Origin: an uncultured bacterium
GTDB lineage: Bacteria > Fibrobacterota > Chitinivibrionia > Chitinivibrionales > JANQEN01
Assembly (NCBI GenBank): GCA_965372145.1
Contig: CBDVBE010000002.1
Coordinates: 1-52,440 of the forward strand
Reading direction: 5' to 3'
Length of the DNA: 52,440 nt
The translations under genes were made by a program, and so were the position numbers. The notes beneath the pieces were generated by a model, which was not told the origin of the DNA, ran no database searches, and saw only the letters and a list, made by a program, of their open reading frames with translations. Below, one piece after another: positions 1 to 7,575 of this stretch. Each line of letters starts with the position of its first letter. Within the stretch, counting starts at the first letter, position 1.

Positions 1-5
1 AGATA

Positions 6-37
6 ACCCGCTGGTATGACATCAGCGGGTTTTTTTA
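6..37 (+). terminator. Rho-independent terminator of a gene ending upstream of the window
   Basis: Stem ACCCGCTG (6-13) / CAGCGGGT (23-30) with a 9-nt loop, followed by a T7 run (31-37). Confidence 0.6.
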
Positions 38-52
38 ATTCTATTTTACCGT

Positions 53-817
53 ATGTTTTACTGGGAATCATTCAAGTTTTTTAATGAAAATAACGATACT
101 AATAATATGAGGCGGAAATATCACTATTTCTGGTTATATCTTATTGGCGTTGCATTTTTTTGTTTCAGTGCACAATCTCCCGTGGGTTTTCAGAACGCCC
201 TGTGGGGGATGTCACCCGAAGAGGTGCGTAAAGCCGCTGAAATAGGCAACTGGCAGAGTACTACAGCTGATCCTGCATTCCCTCAGGATCTTGGTGTTAC
301 GATCTATACGACCTCTACAACCATCGCCGGCTATCCGGCACAGGTGAAATACTACTTCTTCGAGCAGAAATTTTTTCAGGCTACCATAACCTTTAATTTT
401 GATAATTTAAAAACGTTTGATTTTAATTATAATGTTTTTATCAGCGTCGATCGTTACTACCGGGCAATACACGATCAGACATTAACCTTTGTTGCTGATA
501 TCTACGATTTGCTACATAAAAAATACGGTAAGAAACAGCCGGTTTTCAAAGGCCTCGATCCCCGTTACATTTTTAAAAAGACGGATGCCTATATCAAACA
601 GGAGTTGTGGAATCTCCGGTATCATCCGTCTGAATATTATAAAAGGATTGTGACTGCTGCCTATGCACGATGGGACTTTCCTAAAACCAGAATTATTTTT
701 TCCATAAACATTTCAGCGGTTGATAAGCGGTTTGATTATCAACTCTCACTTACCTCTCTTGATTTTGAAAAAGCTATAAATAAGAAAAAAGATGGCCTTC
801 GCATGAAAGGGCTGTAG
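53..817 (+). CDS. Hypothetical secreted or membrane-anchored protein
   Basis: 254-aa ORF. The internal Met at nt 107 is followed by MRRKYHYFWLYLIGVAFFCFSAQS (basic then hydrophobic), a probable signal peptide, so 107 is the likelier start. No family recognised. Confidence 0.5.
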   Translation: MFYWESFKFFNENNDTNNMRRKYHYFWLYLIGVAFFCFSAQSPVGFQNALWGMSPEEVRKAAEIGNWQSTTADPAFPQDLGVTIYTTSTTIAGYPAQVKYYFFEQKFFQATITFNFDNLKTFDFNYNVFISVDRYYRAIHDQTLTFVADIYDLLHKKYGKKQPVFKGLDPRYIFKKTDAYIKQELWNLRYHPSEYYKRIVTAAYARWDFPKTRIIFSINISAVDKRFDYQLSLTSLDFEKAINKKKDGLRMKGL

Positions 818-993
818 GTAACCTCTTTTCCTCACTGATTGTATTCACCACTACAAAAAGAACTTCTAAAATTAAGCAACAGCCTGCAGTTAAAGAGTTA
901 GTAATAATGTGATATGTTAAAAAGGCCTTATTGATGACAATTATCCTGTTTCAATAAAAAAAATATAAAAATACCTATCTTTTTTCTTCTTTC

Positions 994-1398
994 TTGACTG
1001 TTATGGATAATCAGGATATGATTATATATGCATATCCATACCTAACACTTTTACTATGGAGAGAGACTATGCTGATAGAAACATATGAACAGGGCAAGTT
1101 TCAGATATTGCGGGTCAATGAGCAGAAAAATGCCATTAAGAATTTAGAAGAGTTGAAGGATTTAATAATCGGCTATCTGGATCGGGGAAAGTATTATATT
1201 GCAATCAGTTTTTCTGATGCGACGTATATATATAGTGGTGCAATAAAAGTTCTTATTACCTGTCATAAGATGATCAGTGAAAGGGGAGGGGAGTTGTGTA
1301 TTATTGAGCCGGACCCTTCACTTTTCGATATACTGGAGAATCTGAATATTGATCGGGTGATAAACATTTATGTTTCTGAAGAGTATTTACCCGAATAA
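994..1398 (+). CDS. STAS-domain protein (anti-sigma-factor antagonist-like)
   Basis: The ~110-aa core (FQILRVNE...LKDLIIGYLDRGKYYIAISFSDATYIYSGAIKVLITCHKMISERGGELCIIEPDP..FDILENLNIDRVINIY) has the SpoIIAA/STAS layout. The likely true start is ATG 1069, which has an upstream GGAGAGAG. Confidence 0.6.
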   Translation: MTVMDNQDMIIYAYPYLTLLLWRETMLIETYEQGKFQILRVNEQKNAIKNLEELKDLIIGYLDRGKYYIAISFSDATYIYSGAIKVLITCHKMISERGGELCIIEPDPSLFDILENLNIDRVINIYVSEEYLPE

Positions 1399-1400
1399 CT

Positions 1401-1676
1401 ATGGCGCGGATAGGTAAAAACCAGTTAATTAAATTACAGAAAAAGTATAAAACGGATGAAGCTATTGCTGGATTGTATGGTATTACTCGTCAGGCAGTTC
1501 ACCGGATAAGAAATAAACATGGCATTTCACCGGTGCATGATAAATATAGAGAGAGGAACGAACAGATCATTGCACTGCATAAAAGCGGCATGTCTGTAAT
1601 CAAGCTTGCGAAAAAATATAAACTATCAGCAATGCAAACCTACCGGATTGTTAAAAGCGTAATCCCGAATAAATAA
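1401..1676 (+). CDS. Small DNA-binding protein with two helix-turn-helix-like segments
   Basis: 91 aa. GITRQAVHRIRNKHGI and MSVIKLAKKYKLSAMQTYRIVK both resemble sigma-70 region 4 / resolvase-type HTHs. It starts 3 nt after the STAS gene stop. Confidence 0.5.
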   Translation: MARIGKNQLIKLQKKYKTDEAIAGLYGITRQAVHRIRNKHGISPVHDKYRERNEQIIALHKSGMSVIKLAKKYKLSAMQTYRIVKSVIPNK

Positions 1677-1768
1677 TTAGTACCTTACAAGGTGCCCAAT
1701 ATGGATTAGGATATATTTTTAGAAATACAGCACTGAAACATATTCACTTTTCTCTTCCATTCAAATAT

Positions 1769-2584
1769 ATGGAAATAACACCTGCCAGACAATGGGCCCT
1801 TAATCAGATTTTGTATGAAGATGTGCTGCGTGAAATAGAGGAACATTTTCAGCACCTGCAGGTACCCTATATGCCAATTAAAGGAGCTCACCTTATCTGT
1901 ACCGGACTGGCTGAAAAAATGAAAGAGAGATTTATCAGTGATATTGATATTCTGGTCAAGGAAAAAGACATTCAGAAAGTTTCCGACTATTTTGCAGCCT
2001 TAAACAATTGTAATTTAAAGACATATTTTACGGAGAACTACAGACCGACTGAATCAGTGTTTTTTTATACTATTAATAACGTTCAAGTCTGTCTTGAGAT
2101 CCAATGTCAGTTGAATGTCCCGGAACGTTTCCTGCTGCCGGGATCTGAGCTTTTTGCCCGTTCAACAAACGTTGATAAGGTAAAGCGTTTACCATCAGCA
2201 GAGGATGCACTTCTCATTTTTCTTTGCCATCTGCAGACTCATATCCCCTTTGAATTTCGCGATACCACCTGGGAAGAGATTAACCTGCTGGCTTCACAGG
2301 AAGGTTTTGACTGGGACGTGTTCTGGCAGCGCTGTCCTTCTACCGGTATAGAAGCCTTTATCTATTTTATTCTCAAGGTGTGCCGTAAAATGTTTCCTGT
2401 ACCGCTGAAACCATCCCGGCATTATTGGTTTGCTGCGCGTATGGCGGATATATTTTCCGAATCGCAGTACCAACGGATGTCCCCAGGATTGCGAAGGCTT
2501 TTTCTGGATATACCGTTTGTGAGGAAGCCGTTAGGGCTGTTATTTTATAAGGTGTTTCATACGAAAAAAGAAAAAACATTATGA
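1769..2584 (+). CDS. Nucleotidyltransferase family protein (PF14907 / NTP_transf_5-like)
   Basis: PIKGAHL...RFISDIDILV (G-x ... DxD) followed by an alpha-helical C-terminal half, as is typical of the uncharacterised nucleotidyltransferases found in lasso/RiPP tailoring clusters. Its stop overlaps the next start (ATGA at 2581). Confidence 0.7.
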   Translation: MEITPARQWALNQILYEDVLREIEEHFQHLQVPYMPIKGAHLICTGLAEKMKERFISDIDILVKEKDIQKVSDYFAALNNCNLKTYFTENYRPTESVFFYTINNVQVCLEIQCQLNVPERFLLPGSELFARSTNVDKVKRLPSAEDALLIFLCHLQTHIPFEFRDTTWEEINLLASQEGFDWDVFWQRCPSTGIEAFIYFILKVCRKMFPVPLKPSRHYWFAARMADIFSESQYQRMSPGLRRLFLDIPFVRKPLGLLFYKVFHTKKEKTL

Positions 2585-3441
2585 CCACTTCGTTGCATAG
2601 GACTATAATCAGGCCGAATCAGCGGTTTGAGACGGGTTATATATCAACCTTTTTACATGCCATTAACAATCTGATTTGTTTCAGAGAATTAGTATATCAA
2701 CTTTTTAAAAGGGATTTTTTTGCAGTATACAAGAAATCTTTAGTTGGATCTGCATGGATAATACTTACGCCTGTTGCAGGAATAATATCCTGGATTTTCC
2801 TTCACAGGACAAATATAATCAGACCGGGTGATGTGGGTGTTCCTTATCCGGCATATGTATTAGTAGGGACGATGATGTGGGGATTGTTTATGGGAGTGTT
2901 CAGCGCTGTTATGAATGTTATGTCTTTATACAGATTTATGCTTATGAAGGCACATTTCCCGCATGAAATTATAATTGGAGTACAACTTTTAATAAAGCTT
3001 TCACATTTCTTTATATCATTTGTAATAACCATTCTTTTATTGATAGTATTTGGAATAATCCCATCCTATGGGATTATTCTATTTCCGTTAATTATTCTAC
3101 CGCTTTTATTTTTTTCGGTCTCTTTAGGACTTTTTGTTTCTATTATGTCTATTGTTTCCTATGATTTTAAAAGAATTGTTACCGGTATTTTTGGATTGGT
3201 TATGTTTATTACACCGGTTATTTATTCTGCCGATGCAATAAAAAACGAATGGCTTCAAACAATTATGCATCTGAATCCTTTAACCTATCTTGTCTGTTCT
3301 GCCCGGGACATAATTCTTTACGGGAGAGTATATTCCTTAAATGGATTTATAATCAGCTCTGTGGTGTCGATTTTTCTTCTCATTGTTTCATGGAGAATCT
3401 TTTATGTGTCAGAGGATAAAATTATCGAGAGGATAATCTGA
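2581..3441 (+). CDS. ABC-2 type exporter permease (Wzm/TagG-like)
   Basis: 286 aa with about six hydrophobic helices. The N-terminal cytoplasmic motif LVYQLFKRDFFAVYKKSLVGSAWIILTP is typical of polysaccharide/teichoic-acid ABC-2 permeases. It is translationally coupled on both sides. Confidence 0.75.
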   Translation: MTTSLHRTIIRPNQRFETGYISTFLHAINNLICFRELVYQLFKRDFFAVYKKSLVGSAWIILTPVAGIISWIFLHRTNIIRPGDVGVPYPAYVLVGTMMWGLFMGVFSAVMNVMSLYRFMLMKAHFPHEIIIGVQLLIKLSHFFISFVITILLLIVFGIIPSYGIILFPLIILPLLFFSVSLGLFVSIMSIVSYDFKRIVTGIFGLVMFITPVIYSADAIKNEWLQTIMHLNPLTYLVCSARDIILYGRVYSLNGFIISSVVSIFLLIVSWRIFYVSEDKIIERII

Positions 3442-4217
3442 TGACTCAAAGTCAGCAGCTGATTGACTGTAATTTGTCAGTTAATAATTTTTCAAAAAAG
3501 TTCTGTAAAAATTTACGGAGAAGCATGCTTTACGGTATTACTGATATAGTGAAAAGTTCATTTGACATCAGACCTGATACCACCAGGATACGAAAGGATG
3601 AATTCTGGGCGGTGGACAATATTGTTTTTAAGTGCAGGAAGGGGGACATCCTTGGAATCATTGGGGCCAATGGGTCAGGGAAAACAACACTGTTAAGAAT
3701 GCTGGCAGGAATATTCCCGCCTGATAAGGGAAATGCTGAGCTGACGGGACGTGTGTCTGCGATTCTTTCTCCAGGTGCAGGATTCCATCCGCATATGACG
3801 GTTCGAGAAAATATATATGTCAATGGAACAATACTTGGTATGACACGATTGGAAATTGACGAAAAATTTGATTTCATTATCGCTTTTTCCGGTATTAAAG
3901 ATTTTATCAATGCGCCGGTAGCAGCTCTTTCTACCGGAATGCATGTCAGGCTTGGTTTCTCTATAGCTTTAGCGGTCAAATCGGATATCTTTTTAATCGA
4001 TGAGATACTTTCAATTGGAGATAGTAGATTTCGGGAGAAGAGCATTGCAGAACTAAAGAAAATTTCTCAGGAGTCAACAATTCTTTTCGTTTCCCACAAT
4101 ATGGAGATGATACGAAGTATCTGTAACAGAATTATTGTATTGCACAAAGGCCGGATGGTTCACGAGGGCAGTGATGTTGCCGGTGGGATCGAGTATTACT
4201 ATTCAATTGCACGTTAA
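3441..4217 (+). CDS. ABC transporter ATP-binding protein (Wzt/TagH/KpsT-like)
   Basis: Walker A GANGSGKTT, an LSTGM signature (the Wzt/TagH variant of LSGGQ) and Walker B IFLIDE. The start overlaps the permease stop (TGATG). Confidence 0.8.
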   Translation: MTQSQQLIDCNLSVNNFSKKFCKNLRRSMLYGITDIVKSSFDIRPDTTRIRKDEFWAVDNIVFKCRKGDILGIIGANGSGKTTLLRMLAGIFPPDKGNAELTGRVSAILSPGAGFHPHMTVRENIYVNGTILGMTRLEIDEKFDFIIAFSGIKDFINAPVAALSTGMHVRLGFSIALAVKSDIFLIDEILSIGDSRFREKSIAELKKISQESTILFVSHNMEMIRSICNRIIVLHKGRMVHEGSDVAGGIEYYYSIAR

Positions 4218-4254
4218 AAATCGTACATTATTCACATTACCCTAGAAGCAAAAA

Positions 4255-6036
4255 ATGCCGATACCTCCAGGGAAAAAAAATCAAATAAAACTCGATTTCT
4301 ATAAGGAAGCGGTTGTTAAACTGGAAAGATGTTTTAATGACCTGACAGTATCCTTTATGCCTGTTAATGGCACAGGGCTCTATTATATGGATAGGGCCGA
4401 ATTGGTTGGGACATCCAAACTGTTTGAAAATGTCGAGATTGTTGTTGAAAAGAAGAACTATACCAGAGTAATTGATTATCTGGACAATATTAATACGATA
4501 GTAAAAATTGCCTCCATTGAGAACAAATCAGTTTACAGTTTCAGCTTTGAAGGTTTTGATGCTGTGCGGGTAGATGTATACCATGCAATTCGCTTACCTG
4601 ATGGAATCACTATTCCTGCAGAAGACCTTTTTAACCGTGCGGAAAAGAAAGAACATTCTCTTATAGTTTTACCTTCTTATGAAGACATGCTTCTATTACT
4701 ATTCTGTAAATCATTCCATTTCAGCGACCGGTTTCTGGATATTACTCTTGTTAACGCTGTTCGGTTTATAACCGCGTCATCTGCATTCTCTTGGGAAAAA
4801 TTCTGGGAATATTCCCGTAAAAACAATATGGTTAGATGCATTTCGTTTTATTTGACCTGGTATCAAAGAAGGTTAAAGGAACCGGTTCCTTTGCTAAAAG
4901 TTTCTTTGTATGGCTGGCTGCTCACAACGGGAATATCATGGTGCTGTTATAAAGTTTATCCAAGGATTATAAGGAAACTGCTCTATAAAGTATTGTTATC
5001 AGATAATCCCTTGAGATATTTAGTCGAACACGCGATATTTAACATCACGAGAAATTGTACTGCCCTGGGGAATACCGTATACAATGCTGTCATAGGCAGA
5101 GTGGCTAAAAAGTATGTAATAGAAAACGAGGTTTCGGTTTTCAGAGCGTTAACTAAATCAGCAAAGAAAAGGTTTTCGGAATTACCACTGAGGTATTCTT
5201 TACAGGAGGATTTTATTATAGGCGCTTCTTCGGGGATCTGGTATCTGCGGGGAGAACGTCTTTTTCAGGTGACCTATGGGGCAAGTTACGGCATAACATA
5301 CAATGGAAGCCGGTGGTACGCAAATCAGAATATGGGGCAGTTCAGCAGGATACTATCTTTTGAGATAGATACCGAATCTGAGAGGCCAAGGATTGTTGAT
5401 CAGAGCAGTTTCGCGCTGGGATTACCGAAAAATGTCCATCAGATCGATTATTGTGACAATCGGTTCTTTGTGGTGGATACCCAGAATAATCGCATAATTA
5501 CTATTACTGATAACGGTAAGAAGGGATACTATTTTCCCAATAAACGGATCAAAGGGAAAAAACACAATAATCATTTCAATTCAGTATTTATAACTGACAA
5601 TAAGATATATGTGTGTGGCCATAATGGAACATTGAATCCAAGACAGTCATCGGAACTGTATGTTTTGGATAAAAAGAGAATGAAAAAGCAGGAGATAATA
5701 CAAACAAGCGCGTATTGTGCTCATAATGTGCTTGTAAAGGATGGGCATGTTTTCTACTGCGATTCCATGGCCGGCGCATTAATGCGTAATTCAGAGGTGG
5801 CATATAAGAATGCCGGATATTTTATGCGGGGAATCGCATTTACGGATAGGTATATGGTAATTGGCGGTTCCAAGTTCGCACGGCGTGAAGAACGCGAATC
5901 AAGCGATAGCGTTATTTACATTCTGGATAACCGATTAAAACATCTTAAAACTATCTCATTGCAAAGCATTGGTCAGGTATATGAAATACGCGGGGTGAAT
6001 AACGACTATGGTTTATCAAATAAATACCAATGGTAA
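4255..6036 (+). CDS. Fusion protein: degenerate PF14907-like N-terminal domain plus a TIGR03032/DUF4915-like C-terminal repeat domain
   Basis: The N-terminal ~230 aa parallel ORF 1769-2584 (MPVNGTGL..., SYEDMLLLLFCKSFHF). However, the DxD motif is replaced by ENVEIVV. The C-terminal ~300 aa (VHQIDYCDNRFFVVDTQNNRI..., AHNVLVKDGHVFYCDSMAG..., RGIAFTDRYMVIGGSKFARRE...VYEIRGV) resemble the TIGR03032 family as I recall it. Confidence 0.55.
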   Translation: MPIPPGKKNQIKLDFYKEAVVKLERCFNDLTVSFMPVNGTGLYYMDRAELVGTSKLFENVEIVVEKKNYTRVIDYLDNINTIVKIASIENKSVYSFSFEGFDAVRVDVYHAIRLPDGITIPAEDLFNRAEKKEHSLIVLPSYEDMLLLLFCKSFHFSDRFLDITLVNAVRFITASSAFSWEKFWEYSRKNNMVRCISFYLTWYQRRLKEPVPLLKVSLYGWLLTTGISWCCYKVYPRIIRKLLYKVLLSDNPLRYLVEHAIFNITRNCTALGNTVYNAVIGRVAKKYVIENEVSVFRALTKSAKKRFSELPLRYSLQEDFIIGASSGIWYLRGERLFQVTYGASYGITYNGSRWYANQNMGQFSRILSFEIDTESERPRIVDQSSFALGLPKNVHQIDYCDNRFFVVDTQNNRIITITDNGKKGYYFPNKRIKGKKHNNHFNSVFITDNKIYVCGHNGTLNPRQSSELYVLDKKRMKKQEIIQTSAYCAHNVLVKDGHVFYCDSMAGALMRNSEVAYKNAGYFMRGIAFTDRYMVIGGSKFARREERESSDSVIYILDNRLKHLKTISLQSIGQVYEIRGVNNDYGLSNKYQW

Positions 6037-6914
6037 TAAGGGCTGTGGCTAATATGGGAAAAAGGACGATAGTACTACTCAGCGCTCCCCGTTGCGGTTC
6101 AACCGCAATCTTTAAAGTGTTTCAAAAGCATCCTGATGCTTATGCACTCTTTGAGCCTAATTTCTGGAATTTCGCAGCCAAGGCAATAGGGGGCGATTCA
6201 TCTGATTTTGAAATAAAATGCAATAAAAAATATCCATTTATAGAACTGCCGCCTGCCATTACAGAAGAGGTCGTTTTTAATACGTGGAATCGTGTTCTCG
6301 AGAAGTGCGGACCGGTCGTTTTTGATAAATCACCGTTATATCTCGGAGATAGAAAAGCCCTTACTCTCATTAAAAAGTACCGGGAATTGGGAAACGATTT
6401 CAGGATGTTTGCTTTAATACGGGACCCCCGAGACACAATCGTCAGCCAGCATGAGTTGTGGCGCTCGGTATTTAAAAAAATGACTATTGACAGAAGAGAG
6501 GCCCGGTGGCTGAACCGGTATCAGCACCTGGAGGAAATACAGGAAGAATTCGGCTATATTCCAGTCTTCAGATATGAAGATGTGTCGCAGGCACCGCGGT
6601 GTTATATCCCGATGATCTTACAGTATTGCGGACTGCAAAATATCCCGCAGGTCTATGATCATATCAGGCCTACCAGTATTGGCCGGCATACAAAATCGAT
6701 TAATCTGGAAGTAAGGCGCTGGAAAATGAGTTTTTCTTTGAAAAAATTTCTGGTAAAATATGGTTATAAGTATAAAAAAGAGAGTTTGATTTCCCGATTG
6801 TTCGGTTTTATTGGGATGTTACCGGGAAATATCTATAGAGGACTGTGGAGTACACTCAGGAAGCGAAAACGTCTGAAACAACGAAAACTGCTGCAAAAAT
6901 TCCAGAAAAAGTAA
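6030..6914 (+). CDS. Sulfotransferase family protein
   Basis: PAPS-binding 5'-PSB-like loop LLSAPRCGST and a 3'-PB-like motif IRDPRDTIVS. Basic C-terminal tail. The start overlaps the upstream stop (ATGGTAA). Confidence 0.7.
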   Translation: MVIRAVANMGKRTIVLLSAPRCGSTAIFKVFQKHPDAYALFEPNFWNFAAKAIGGDSSDFEIKCNKKYPFIELPPAITEEVVFNTWNRVLEKCGPVVFDKSPLYLGDRKALTLIKKYRELGNDFRMFALIRDPRDTIVSQHELWRSVFKKMTIDRREARWLNRYQHLEEIQEEFGYIPVFRYEDVSQAPRCYIPMILQYCGLQNIPQVYDHIRPTSIGRHTKSINLEVRRWKMSFSLKKFLVKYGYKYKKESLISRLFGFIGMLPGNIYRGLWSTLRKRKRLKQRKLLQKFQKK

Positions 6915-6965
6915 AATAAAGATCTGATTTTCAACAAATGAGATTTTTATTAATAGTAATGTTGT

Positions 6966-7133
6966 CTAAGACGAGTTGTAGTTTGTTGTTGTACAGGCAC
7001 AGTTGTAACCCGAAAATGATACATACGAAGTTAAATATTGCGTGTCATCCGGCCCGACAGTACAGGGAGCCTGCATCATTTCAACAGTAAAATTTTCAGT
7101 CTCGATCACTGGTTTTTCATACTTTTCTTTCAT
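6966..7133 (-). CDS. Candidate RiPP precursor peptide (55 aa, absent from the ORF track)
   Basis: My hand translation gives MKEKYEKPVIETENFTVEMMQAPCTVGPDDTQYLTSYVSFSGYNCACTTTNYNSS. A GGAG lies ~10 nt upstream (ACTGGAGAAAAAAGTGTATG). The start overlaps the last 17 nt of the peptidase gene. It is the last gene of the rSAM operon. Confidence 0.45.
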   Translation of the reverse strand: MKEKYEKPVIETENFTVEMMQAPCTVGPDDTQYLTSYVSFSGYNCACTTTNYNSS

Positions 7134-7563
7134 ACACTTTTTTCTCCAGTCTTGTGATCACCGCAAAGATTTTATTACGAATGCGTATTTCAGCTATTAT
7201 CCTCGAAAATATAATAAAAAATATCTGATTTAACAAATTGAGAATAAAAACGGTCATTTTACTCTGGTAACGTTCCAATTCACCAATAACAGCCTCTGAT
7301 GAGACTTTTTCAGATCGTTCCGCATTGTCCCCTATAAAAAATGCCTGTCCATTTTTTACTTTTAACAGGCGGTGTACACATAATGCATTCTTATAAATAA
7401 ACAGGTAGCATTTTCCATTTTTCAAAGGCCCTTTAATTAAACGGACATTAACCTTTTGCCCCTGTGAAAGCAGCGGCCACATGGAGTTACTGGCAACAGG
7501 CATGGAGACTGTTGGGCCGTTGGCAAAAAGTAACGATTTTATAGCTGAATAATGCGTAGTCAT
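7117..7563 (-). CDS. S26-family signal-peptidase-like protease (SipW/ER type, Ser-His) with a C-terminal membrane anchor
   Basis: Catalytic-Ser box SNSMWPLL. CVHRLLKV occupies the position of the SipW/Sec11-type His box, and GDN follows. The C-terminal hydrophobic segment is MTVFILNLLNQIFFIIFSRII. Confidence 0.6.
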   Translation of the reverse strand: MTTHYSAIKSLLFANGPTVSMPVASNSMWPLLSQGQKVNVRLIKGPLKNGKCYLFIYKNALCVHRLLKVKNGQAFFIGDNAERSEKVSSEAVIGELERYQSKMTVFILNLLNQIFFIIFSRIIAEIRIRNKIFAVITRLEKKVYERKV

Positions 7564-7575
7564 ATCTTAATTATA

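Noticed and set aside
3530-4045. 171-aa and 83-aa minus-strand ORFs inside the ABC ATPase gene
   Set aside because: They are antisense to a gene with clear Walker A, signature and Walker B motifs.
6938-7090. Plus-strand 50-aa ORF with four Cys (MRFLLIVMLSKTSCSLLLYRHSCNPKMIHTKLNIACHPARQYREPASFQQ) downstream of the sulfotransferase gene
   Set aside because: It has no SD-like sequence. It is antisense to the better-supported 55-aa minus-strand ORF, which has a GGAG and is coupled to the peptidase gene. Its composition looks like a mirror-frame artefact.
7042-7233. 63-aa plus-strand ORF from the track
   Set aside because: It overlaps the 3' end of the peptidase gene and the candidate precursor on the opposite strand. 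No motif or RBS is present.
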